NCBI GenBank assembly: GCA_039586795.1
Contig: JBDHJS010000022.1
Coordinates: forward strand, 1 to 54,325
Reading direction: 5' to 3'
Length of the DNA stretch: 54,325 nucleotides
Source: Gemmatimonadota bacterium
GTDB lineage: Bacteria > Gemmatimonadota > Gemmatimonadetes > Palauibacterales > KS3-K002
This document shows positions 40,201-47,240 of the stretch, piece after piece. How positions within the stretch are numbered: the stretch's first letter is position 1; every line of letters begins with the position of its first letter. Under the pieces are notes generated by a model. That model saw only the letters and a list, made by a program, of their open reading frames with translations. It was not told the origin of the DNA and did not search any database. Made by a program: the position numbers and the translations under genes.

Positions 40201-40333
40201 CTATTTGCCCAACAGCCTCGTTATTCGGGCCCGCGCGGCCCGTGCGTTGGGTGACGCTGAACTGGAACAGCGTTGCCGAGATCGGCTCACGAATCTGGGA
40301 CGGATCGACCTGGTCGGCGCACTCGATCGGTAG
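37289..40333 (+). CDS. Membrane-anchored SARP/BTAD-type regulator 2 (wHTH, BTAD, 3 TM, TolB-N-like domain, TPR)
   Basis: MIELTTFGRATI..., LTYLAVEG..SRDRLLAVFWPE, EPLEDEAQHALI...GDRSGALEHY...ELEVEP; LKQRRIFHVGAAYLAVAW TM module; TPRs. Start GTG 37289 or ATG 37265. Confidence 0.88.
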   Translation: MIELTTFGRATIRRDGEELRSIARHKQKFAFLTYLAVEGQASRDRLLAVFWPEREEERARHSLSQILYALKRELGEECLRVQPDSVSVDNEACTIDAAKLERAAESEDWEGVIQLYAGPFLDQFALPGAAEFEDWQSTTRARLTRLARRGFPKVIEERVSRGDMSGAVATAWRWATLEPLEDEAQHALIQVLAQSGDRSGALEHYETYRERLARELEVEPLDDTIALVEAIRAGDIAAYRPLAERPSTVSEPEAAYADVAGTTARPEPDLPFLDKLKQRRIFHVGAAYLAVAWLAFQFTNTLADRGLLAEWVFPLVLALLTTGLPVTLLLAWASEAVPVRGTQDADTEGVLGRLRKLRVGPVLGVLAVLVVVLAGAILAVTRWLPLQRLEPSRVMVFPLTVTPEGNETTGERAASWIGYTLEQTGRFKWVDGWWELDEPQRAGLENVSPVSARETARAERAAFYIRGRISMTNDSVHVFAELHDVRRRTIVQRFNLASPVDETWIPRVSERVAWGLYSALAPDDPEIGHTAASDTPQAALEFLEGELAYRDARFSDALQHYQAAVALDSSFVLAALKGTMVAGWNHDAEVAGGFLDLIDQHAAALEPSRAQLARGLAAYWSGRADDAVEHLETAVQIDPSFVEAWAQLGETYTHFLPARRAIDSLARVSFVTVRQLEPEFRVVLYHLTEFAIRDGAADSASVYFDDFRQTEPDSSFIQSNELKLQCVQQTPQMIAWRAEVERSPAAVYSTGQSLAKAGAHTGCARHAWRALLSLSGDAYLNYRFGAVGNLQSLLVAEGRFDELDQLWPEEFADYSGDFYLLDANAGAPVQRQATMWADRIRSDLPLGSVSDYELWMLGVWEFNQGRTEWVRLIADSLAARADSTGGRLTRMLGDVMEARAVLAEGDSANALDLLSVLTPTKTPTDAWYPWETLAAEKMLLAGLLYATGDYTGAVGVASTLDAPARPAYDLIYLPNSLVIRARAARALGDAELEQRCRDRLTNLGRIDLVGALDR

Positions 40334-40384
40334 ACTGGCGGATATCGAGTATTCAGAACCACCATCACGAAGGAGCTGCGAAGG

Positions 40385-40732
40385 ATGCCAAGAGGAAAAT
40401 GGACGCCCAGGGACCGACCCAAGGGATCGGCGGACCCAGAAGCATGGGACGCGATGGTCACGGATATTCGCGACTGGGAGGTGAAGCACTGGGACTGGGG
40501 ACGATTGGTGCGCCGGGACATTCTGCGGCTCGAAGGCTATATCGCGCTGCTCGTCTCGGCGGGTCTGATCTCCGATGAGCAAGTGCAGGAGGTGAAGAAT
40601 AACGTCGACGAGTATCTGGCCAAGGAAGGTGATCCCAGGCCGGTGCCCGATACGCCGGAGAACGAAGAGGCGAAAGGGCCGGAGGGAGATGATCCGGACG
40701 ATCCGCCGCCACCGCCCTGGAAGAAGCGGTAA
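40385..40732 (+). CDS. Hypothetical protein with acidic/Pro-rich tail
   Basis: 115 aa, WDWGRLVRRDILRLE helix, ends GDDPDDPPPPPWKKR; AAGGAG upstream. Confidence 0.65.
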   Translation: MPRGKWTPRDRPKGSADPEAWDAMVTDIRDWEVKHWDWGRLVRRDILRLEGYIALLVSAGLISDEQVQEVKNNVDEYLAKEGDPRPVPDTPENEEAKGPEGDDPDDPPPPPWKKR

Positions 40733-40739
40733 TAAGGGT

Positions 40740-42131
40740 CTACTGCCGCGCCCGATCCGGCTCGCTAGGTAGGTCCTGCACCAGCTCGGCGACCAGGCGC
40801 TCGATCAGATCGAACATTCCGTCACGCGGACCGCGGGCGTCGGCACGCGCCAGCTCGGCGCCCGTCTGCGCATCCACCAACTCGGCGACGAGTCGGATCT
40901 CATCGCCGCTGCGATGGATATCGCCGACCACGAACGCGCTGGCACCCAGGTCGCCGGCCAGCGCACGCATCGCTGCGGCGTCCTGCATCGCCGAGGCCGC
41001 ATCCTGTCCCTCCAGCGCCTGGAGGACCTGCAGGTGACCGACCGTTGTGATCGAGGCTTCGCCTTCCAGATCAACGGACAGTAGCTGTGCCACACCCTCC
41101 GGGAGACCCTCGGAGTCGGCGCCGACGCCGTGTGGCTGGAATGGCATGACCGCCACCCGCATGCCCAGGGTCGGGACCGTGGACCTTGCGGCGAGATTCG
41201 CATCCTCCGCCGGTCCGCTGGTCGGCCACTGCCAGATCGCCACCATCGTCACGACCACCAGAGCGACCGCCGCCACTACCCAACCGCGCTTGCTCAACCC
41301 GAGGCTCGGAGCCGCCGATTCGGCTTCCACCTTTGCCGGCGCCGTCTGCTCGACCTGGGGCTGTGGCTCCCGCTCGACCTCGTTCTCATCCGGCTCTAGT
41401 TCCGGCTCGCTCACCTGAGCGCCCGGGCTCGGCTCGGCCCGGATCCGCGCGACCAGCTCTCGGGTGTGCTCCAGCGGCTCGACCTCCAGCTCGTTCTCCA
41501 GCAGCACCCGGTACACGTCATACTGCCGCAGCGCCGCCAACCGATCGCCCTTCAGGTAGAGGCACTCGATAAGCAGGTGCTGGGCCTCGTCGTCCAGCGA
41601 ATCCGCCTCGATCAGGCGCCGACAGTAGCCCACCGCCGCGTCGTGATCGGCCGCCGCCCTGGCATCCATCGCCATCTTGAGCGCCGCTTTCCTGAACTCG
41701 CGTCGCAGGCCGGCACGCTGCCGGTCCGCCCAGTGATCGAACTCAGGCTCCCCGAACGCCAGGTCGATCAGGAACGGCCCCGAGTACATCTCAACGGCGC
41801 CCTTGAGGTCGCCCGACTGGATTCGCGCCTCGAATTCCTCCACATCCAGCCACACGTCGCGGCCGAAATCGACCGCGTCCTCGACGCTCTCCAGATCGAG
41901 CTGCGGAGTGACCTTCCGGAGGGTGTACAGCAGCTGGTTCAGCGCCCGGCGCGCCCGCTTCTCGTCCCGATCCGGCCACAGCACGCCGAGGATCTCCTCG
42001 CGCCGGTCCGGACCCGGCTCCCGAGCCATATACACAATCAACGCGATGGACCGGGGCCAGGCGGCCTCGCCCGTTAGCGTCTCCCCGTCGACGGTAATCG
42101 ACGTCCGCCCTAGTGTCCGAATCTCTATCAT
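40740..42131 (-). CDS. Membrane-anchored SARP/BTAD-type regulator 3 (wHTH, BTAD, 1 TM, TolB-N/FlgO-like domain, no TPR)
   Basis: MIEIRTLGRTSI..., LWPDRDEKRARRALNQLLYTLR, YSGPFL, LDDEAQHLLI...GDRLAALRQY...ELEVEP; one TM; VAVMPF domain. Confidence 0.88.
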   Translation of the reverse strand: MIEIRTLGRTSITVDGETLTGEAAWPRSIALIVYMAREPGPDRREEILGVLWPDRDEKRARRALNQLLYTLRKVTPQLDLESVEDAVDFGRDVWLDVEEFEARIQSGDLKGAVEMYSGPFLIDLAFGEPEFDHWADRQRAGLRREFRKAALKMAMDARAAADHDAAVGYCRRLIEADSLDDEAQHLLIECLYLKGDRLAALRQYDVYRVLLENELEVEPLEHTRELVARIRAEPSPGAQVSEPELEPDENEVEREPQPQVEQTAPAKVEAESAAPSLGLSKRGWVVAAVALVVVTMVAIWQWPTSGPAEDANLAARSTVPTLGMRVAVMPFQPHGVGADSEGLPEGVAQLLSVDLEGEASITTVGHLQVLQALEGQDAASAMQDAAAMRALAGDLGASAFVVGDIHRSGDEIRLVAELVDAQTGAELARADARGPRDGMFDLIERLVAELVQDLPSEPDRARQ

Positions 42132-42210
42132 TACAGGGTCCTGGTGGGGTCTCGGGTTGCCCGCCCCCTGCAAATTGTCGTTCTGGGCGGTAATCGACAA
42201 GACGGCAGGC

Positions 42211-42347
42211 TTGGGGTGGACGGTAACCGGTGGTAGACGGTGGACGGTGGACTGTAGACAGTGGAACGCTGGTCAGTAAGTCCGGATACGCCACTCAACC
42301 GTCCACCGTCTAGCGTCCACCTACCGTCCACCTACCGTCCACCCCAA
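42211..42347. repeat. 137-bp palindromic element with 15-bp terminal inverted repeats and internal heptamers (MITE/REP-like)
   Basis: TTGGGGTGGACGGTA ... TACCGTCCACCCCAA; internal GACGGTG/CACCGTC-type units. Confidence 0.75.
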
Positions 42348-42425
42348 CATGACCGCCCACATGACACCTCCCCCAGCCCGCCTGATAGCCACCTGACCGC
42401 CCGCATGATCGGCCTGTCCTATTAT
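42347..42425 (+). promoter_or_regulatory. Five-box direct-repeat promoter P3
   Basis: CATGA 42348, CATGA 42360, CCTGA 42381, CCTGA 42392, CATGA 42404 (12/21/11/12); TATTAT at 42420, 16 nt after the last box start. Confidence 0.8.
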
Positions 42426-42428
42426 GGA

Positions 42429-42670
42429 ACGTCCGGTTGGGCAGCCGATTCGGACGTGAGGATTCAAGACGAAGTCTCTTAGGAAGTACGTAGTCGTAGT
42501 TGGCTTGAGACAGCAGTTTTCCCTCACTGGAGGCTTGTCCGCACGCTCGCCCTTCCGGGTCCCCGGTCGCTTTGGGGACTTCCTCCTCTGCCCATTTTGC
42601 ACCCGCAAGGATGCGGCGAGTCGGGCGGACGAGCCTCCAAACCCCCACCCTGGGCTTCAGGGCTCAGGCA
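42429..42670 (+). ncRNA. Candidate structured ncRNA 1 (unknown family; ends approximate)
   Basis: Follows P3; hairpin ACGTCCG/CGGACGT; domain closed by GTGAGG/CCTCAC; stem GGAGGCTTGTCCGC/GCGGACGAGCCTCC (42529-42638) enclosing GTCCCC/GGGGAC and a GCAA-tetraloop hairpin. U-G wobble and GNRA loop favour the + strand; no credible ORF. Confidence 0.5.
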
Positions 42671-42751
42671 GAAGTTGGTGAGGAGTTAGGATTGAAAGGG
42701 AAAAGTAGGGAATACGACAGCAAAGCCCGGCCAGAATGCCCGAGTCTCCTT

Positions 42752-42830
42752 ACATGATAGGGTACATGATAGGGTACGCCCGCAGCATGATCGCCACATG
42801 ACCGACTACATGATAGCCCCACCCTATGTT
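42752..42830 (+). promoter_or_regulatory. Five-box direct-repeat promoter P4
   Basis: CATGA at 42753, 42765, 42786, 42797, 42809 (12/21/11/12, identical to P3 with a 405-nt offset); TATGTT at 42825, 16 nt after the last box start. Confidence 0.8.
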
Positions 42831-42836
42831 TCCCCT

Positions 42837-42991
42837 CGACTTGACCCTGGAGTGAGCCCTTAGGGCTCGGAATCTTCCGGAGGCTCGTTCAGGAGTTCTG
42901 CTTCCAAAAGTCTGTTTAAAGACTACCTCAGCTGTCCCACCTGCCCGCTGTGGAAGCAAACGGAACTCGAGAACGAGCCTCCGTTCTTTTT
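42837..42991 (+). ncRNA. Candidate structured ncRNA 2 (related to ncRNA 1; ends approximate)
   Basis: Follows P4; GAGCCC/GGGCTC hairpin; stem CGGAGGCTCGTTC/GAACGAGCCTCCG (42878-42983) with inner GAGTTC/GAACTC and TGCTTCCA/TGGAAGCA helices; followed by TTCTTTTT. Confidence 0.5.
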
Positions 42992-42999
42992 GAACCTCA

Positions 43000-43038
43000 C
43001 CCCCCACTCCCTACCCCCTACCCCTTACCCGCTACCGC
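43000..43038. repeat. Degenerate CCCTACC heptamer tandem repeat
   Basis: cccccactccctaccccctaccccttacccgctaccgc next to the M14 gene stop. Confidence 0.6.
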
Positions 43039-43040
43039 TT

Positions 43041-45806
43041 TCACCGCACCGTCGGCCCGAAGATAATCCCATTCAAGAACAGCCTATCCAAAGACGGCCA
43101 AAGCAGCCTAAACGTCGGGTCGTCCGCAAACATGATCACCCGGCCCCCGCCGATCGGCTCATCGATCATCCAGGCCGTATCCTTCAGGAACTTCACCGTG
43201 TTGTCGGACCAGATGTGGCCGGTGATGTGCAGGTTGTCGCCGACGAAGGCGACGGGGTTGGCGCCCTCTTTCGACGGATGGTAGAAATCGCTGCCTGAAA
43301 CGAGGACCGGCAGCACATCGGTCTCGTAGCCGAACGTCATGGGGCTGGTCAAATCGAGGGAGGCCCGCATGATCGCGCCCGGGACGCGGATCGGCTCATC
43401 CTCGCCGCCAGCCGTCATCACGCCGCCGGCGTACGCCGCCTGCGGCAACCCGACATCGCGACTGCCGCCGTCTTCGCCGTCATCTTCTTCTGCTCCAACA
43501 CGGCGCGCGCTTGTGAACTCCGCATCGACGAAGTAGCCGGCCGCGTTGCCCAGCGCGATCACCACGCCGCCGCCCTGGATCCATTCCTTCAGCCGCTCGC
43601 CGTTGCCGAAGGCTCGACGATAGCCCCAACCGGACGGCAGCACGATCACGTTGAAGTCATCGAGCGAGTTGGCCAGGGTCTCCAAACGCACCGGCGTGTA
43701 GGGCACAGCGTATTCTCGGTCCAACGTGTACCAGGTGGCGCCGAACGCCGTCGCGCTGACACCATCGCCAGCGGCCAGGGCGACCTTCGGCCGTTCGAGG
43801 GTCACCACCGGATTGGACCCGATCCCTGTCGGCCCCTCCTCGTAGTAGCCGGTGTGCACCGCATCGACCGGGACGCCGAACTTCCGGGCGAGGACGTCGA
43901 TGCGATCGTGAAGGGTGTCCGGGTTTCGATTCACACGGAGCAGCAGCGTGCCTCGCGCGTACGTCGCACCTCCAGCCCGCATCTGCTGCGTCGCGGCGAC
44001 AACCTTGAAGCCTTCCTTGAACAGGGCAAAGGCGAGCCGCGCCGATGCGTTGCGATCGTAGCGGAAGACGTAAGCCGTGTTCGCCCGACCGCCCCGCACT
44101 CCGCCGTCGACTCCGCCGCGGAGCGCTTCAGGCAGCGATCCCATGTCACGGGCGCCCAGGTAGGCCGGCGGCCGCCATGCTTCGTCGCGCTCGTTGAATT
44201 CGACTTCAAGCGGTTGGGCAGCGACACGACCGGCGCTCTCCAACCAGTAGGCCTCGACGCCATATGAAAGAGGGAGACTCCACGCCGTGACATCGTAGAA
44301 CTGTGGCCATTCCTTCGGCACCTTAGCGCCGCGCAGCGCGTTCCGCGCTCGCCGCTGGTTCTGGAGCTCCAGGAATTCGGGCTCCAGACCCGCTTCCGGC
44401 GCCATCTTCGATTCGAGCAGGCGCGCCTGAGGCTGCGCCATGTCGATGATGTAGCTGCCCGCCGGGAACTCACGGCGCGACGAGGCTCCGTTGACGTAGT
44501 CGTGAGCGTTGCCGGAGCTGAACGACTCGGTGGCGACGCTCACCTCGATGTCATCACGAAGCAGGATCTCCGCCAGCTGCGCCGCCCGCTCGGGGTCCGT
44601 GCCCGGCACGACGACGAAGCGCTTCCACGCCTTCGACGCCGCGAATTCGTTCATCCCGGAACGGAAGAAATCGTAGTAGTCGTTGAGCGCGGCCTCTCGG
44701 TTCTCACCCAACGTGCTCAGCGTGGCCAGCGATGCCGTGAAGTGTTTGGCGATTCCGTCCGTGAACGTGAGCACCGTGCCGTCGTCACGGACCCAGGCGT
44801 AGCCACGGTAACCGCCGCCATCCGTCTCGTAGGTCATCCCGATGGCGCCGTTCAGCGCTGGCCAGCTGTCCCAGTAACCCGGGTAGTGAAGATCGAAGAC
44901 ATCGCGGACGAAGTAGTTCCAGCTGTAGCGATCGAACGCCGCGCCGTTGGCCCGCCCATACATGTCCGTCCAGCGTTGCACCCAGTCGCTAGGCAGGCTG
45001 GGGTTGAGTGGCAGAACCGGCGGCGGCATGAAGTACTGGGTCGTCTGACCGTGATGGTCGACAAAGACTTGCGGGCTCCAGTCGTGATGCGCCTGCACGA
45101 TCGCCTTCGTCTCGCGCTGACTCAGGTTCAGCGCATCCCGGTTCATGTCAATCTGGTAGTGGTTGTTGTTGGTGCTCATGCCCCAGGGCGCCGAGTGCTC
45201 GAGTGCCGCATGCGCCGAGTCGCCTACCGCGAACGCGTTGTACCACTCCACGTGCCGCTCGCGGCTCTCCGGGTTGTGGGAGGGGTTGATGACCGAGATG
45301 ACGTTCTCGAGGATCGCCAGCGTATAGGCGTCTTCGCCGGCCGCCAGTTGATAGGCTACCTGCATCGCCGTCTCACCCGCTGCCGTCTCGTTGCCGTCAT
45401 TGCCGTAGTTCATCCAGCCGATGGGCGGCGTCGTCCGCGCGATCTCCGCCGCTTGTGCGGCGCTGGTGGCACGCGGGTCCCGCAGGCTACGGACGGCCGC
45501 ACGGATCTCATCCAGTCGCGCCATGTTCTCCGGCGAACTGATGATCACGAGCCTGAGCGTTCGACCTTCCACCGACTTCCCGTAGTCCACGATCCGGACA
45601 CGGTCGGGCGCCGCCGCGGCAATCGCCTCCAGGACCCGCTCCAAGTTCCCGTGGTTCGTGTGGAACTCACCCGGCTCGTAGCCGAGGATCGAGGACGGTC
45701 GCGGCACGTTCTCCCGGTAGGGGCCGTGCTCGTAGAACGAGAACTCCTGGGCGCGAGCGATCGCCGGCGCCAACAGCATGACGAGAACCAGGCTGAGTCT
45801 TCGCAT
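43041..45806 (-). CDS. Secreted M14-family zinc carboxypeptidase-like protein with atypical metal motif
   Basis: Signal peptide, YGKSVEGR.L, NDGNE in place of the usual HGNE, DMNRD, MTYET; C-terminal GATase-like domain. Confidence 0.85.
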   Translation of the reverse strand: MRRLSLVLVMLLAPAIARAQEFSFYEHGPYRENVPRPSSILGYEPGEFHTNHGNLERVLEAIAAAAPDRVRIVDYGKSVEGRTLRLVIISSPENMARLDEIRAAVRSLRDPRATSAAQAAEIARTTPPIGWMNYGNDGNETAAGETAMQVAYQLAAGEDAYTLAILENVISVINPSHNPESRERHVEWYNAFAVGDSAHAALEHSAPWGMSTNNNHYQIDMNRDALNLSQRETKAIVQAHHDWSPQVFVDHHGQTTQYFMPPPVLPLNPSLPSDWVQRWTDMYGRANGAAFDRYSWNYFVRDVFDLHYPGYWDSWPALNGAIGMTYETDGGGYRGYAWVRDDGTVLTFTDGIAKHFTASLATLSTLGENREAALNDYYDFFRSGMNEFAASKAWKRFVVVPGTDPERAAQLAEILLRDDIEVSVATESFSSGNAHDYVNGASSRREFPAGSYIIDMAQPQARLLESKMAPEAGLEPEFLELQNQRRARNALRGAKVPKEWPQFYDVTAWSLPLSYGVEAYWLESAGRVAAQPLEVEFNERDEAWRPPAYLGARDMGSLPEALRGGVDGGVRGGRANTAYVFRYDRNASARLAFALFKEGFKVVAATQQMRAGGATYARGTLLLRVNRNPDTLHDRIDVLARKFGVPVDAVHTGYYEEGPTGIGSNPVVTLERPKVALAAGDGVSATAFGATWYTLDREYAVPYTPVRLETLANSLDDFNVIVLPSGWGYRRAFGNGERLKEWIQGGGVVIALGNAAGYFVDAEFTSARRVGAEEDDGEDGGSRDVGLPQAAYAGGVMTAGGEDEPIRVPGAIMRASLDLTSPMTFGYETDVLPVLVSGSDFYHPSKEGANPVAFVGDNLHITGHIWSDNTVKFLKDTAWMIDEPIGGGRVIMFADDPTFRLLWPSLDRLFLNGIIFGPTVR

Positions 45807-45943
45807 TGGTCTCTCTGGGTTTTGGGGTGGAGATGGGGCTTGAACTGCGAATATGCGGCTTCGCGGAGGGGCTGTCTAGCAAGCCACAAGCGCAACGGCG
45901 CGGAAGTTGTCTAAACGTCCGCGCCGTTGCACTTTAGAATACC

Positions 45944-46222
45944 ATGGGATGGATCTATGTAGGTTCCGCTCTCGTCATCGCGGTCGCGATCGCCTCTATC
46001 GGGCAGTTCGTCTCGGGATACTCCCGCGGCGGTTGCCCCGTATCGTTCGTCGTCGCCTTCTTCGGCGCCATGGTCGGGCCCGCCGCCGCCACGGAGCTGG
46101 GGTTCGGTGAGCCGTTCTATTTGAAGCTGGGTGAAGTACAGTTCCCGCTCGTTACCTCCGCCGCCTCCGCCCTGATACTGGTGCTCATCGTCAACCTGGC
46201 GACTCGACGCCGGAAGTTCTGA
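45944..46222 (+). CDS. GlsB/YeaQ/YmgE-like small membrane protein
   Basis: Three hydrophobic segments; GGCPVSFVVAFFGAMVG. Confidence 0.7.
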   Translation: MGWIYVGSALVIAVAIASIGQFVSGYSRGGCPVSFVVAFFGAMVGPAAATELGFGEPFYLKLGEVQFPLVTSAASALILVLIVNLATRRRKF

Positions 46223-46936
46223 TCAGGCGGCCTTCGCTTTCTTCACCTCCGCGCTGGCCTTCGGCCCGTTCGTACCCAGAATCACATCCCACAACGACGT
46301 GCTCACGCCGAAGTCCTTCGTCGAGTCCTGGTAGTGGTGCCGGAAATGCTTCTTCTTCAGGTAGAGCATGATCCGGCTGTGCAGGCTGAAGTGGTGCACC
46401 GCGTAGTGGATGGTGTCGTAGACCAGGTAGCCAGACACCAACCCCGCGAACACCGCACCGCTCGCCGCCGGACCGAAGCCTAGCCGGAACGCCGCATAGA
46501 AGATCACCGCCAGCGGGATGCTGACCGACGGCGGCATCACCAGACGACGACTATCGTTGGGAAAGTCGTGGTGCACGCCGTGCGCCAGAAAGTACAGCTT
46601 CGTCCGCCAGCCCTTCATCTTCGGATAGGCCGGCTCGCCGGACTCGAGACTGCCGACGATCGCCTGCACCTGCTCTTCCAACTCCTGTGTCGAATGAAAG
46701 ACGAAGCGGTGCACGACGTACTCCGCCAGCGTCCAGAGCAGCACGCCCAATCCGAACAGCGCCGCGATGCGGCCAATCGAGATCCCCGCCGCGTAGCTCA
46801 GGTACATCATGAAAGCGATCAACGGGATGTATAGAAGGTGCGGGACTGCCGGATGCACGTACGACAGCCGCTCGTAGAAATCGCTCTCGAAGATGCGAAG
46901 CGATTCGTCTTTGTTCGAAACGTACTTCCTGCCCAC
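46223..46936 (-). CDS. Fatty-acid hydroxylase / sterol desaturase family protein (FA2H/Scs7-like)
   Basis: His boxes HRFVFH, HGVHH, HYAVH, HFRHH; RLVMPP; FGVSTSLWD; probable GTG start at 46936 after GGAGG. Confidence 0.9.
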   Translation of the reverse strand: MGRKYVSNKDESLRIFESDFYERLSYVHPAVPHLLYIPLIAFMMYLSYAAGISIGRIAALFGLGVLLWTLAEYVVHRFVFHSTQELEEQVQAIVGSLESGEPAYPKMKGWRTKLYFLAHGVHHDFPNDSRRLVMPPSVSIPLAVIFYAAFRLGFGPAASGAVFAGLVSGYLVYDTIHYAVHHFSLHSRIMLYLKKKHFRHHYQDSTKDFGVSTSLWDVILGTNGPKASAEVKKAKAA

Positions 46937-47240
46937 GTATCCTCCCACGTCGAGTGGTCAAGATGGCGGTCATTGCCCACGGGGCCGCGCCCCGGCTGAC
47001 GGCGTATAACAGGCTCGCACGATAATAAGGAGTCTCTTTTTTGGGAACCCTCTCTTGACCGCCGCTTGTCCGCTAGGCGCCAGACTCACCGCGTGTGCTG
47101 AGCGTACGCTTCCGTGTCGGTGGGACACGCCGGCGACCTGGTGCCGGCGACCCCGGTCCAGTAACGGCGCCGTTGGCCGCGGCCCGGCTCCGGCATCGCG
47201 TGTGCATTGTCGATAGTCAGCATTAGCAGGAGGGGCTCCC

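Noticed and set aside
42470..42510. tmRNA tag-like reading ANYDY on the minus strand
   Set aside because: No ALAA-type end or nearby stop, and no tRNA-like GGGG...CCACCA ends.
42529..42640. Y RNA similarity (GGCTTGTCCG resembles the Ro-binding stem)
   Set aside because: The stem is fully paired without the bulged C, there is no tRNA-like T-arm, and no Ro60 gene is in the window.
42570..42735. RNase P RNA (GAGGAAGTCC on the minus strand; CAAAGCCCGGC on the plus strand)
   Set aside because: The two P4-like halves are on opposite strands and neither matches the GAGGAAAGUCC / ACAGAA.CCGGC consensus.
42572..42757. 61-aa or 21-aa TTG-start ORF in the ncRNA region
   Set aside because: The long form lacks an RBS and crosses the stems; the short form is featureless. 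Not fully excluded.
42348..42820. 12-bp CATGA repeats as a CRISPR array or as a 4-aa-repeat coding linker remnant
   Set aside because: Units are far too short for CRISPR and there are no cas genes; the 11- and 20-nt spacings break reading frame and recur at five loci on both strands.
47054..47086. Possible sixth five-box promoter (CTTGACCGC and CTTGTCCGC 11 nt apart, CAGACT 16 nt later)
   Set aside because: Only two boxes, one lacking TGA; the upstream three are not identifiable. May be an ordinary promoter.
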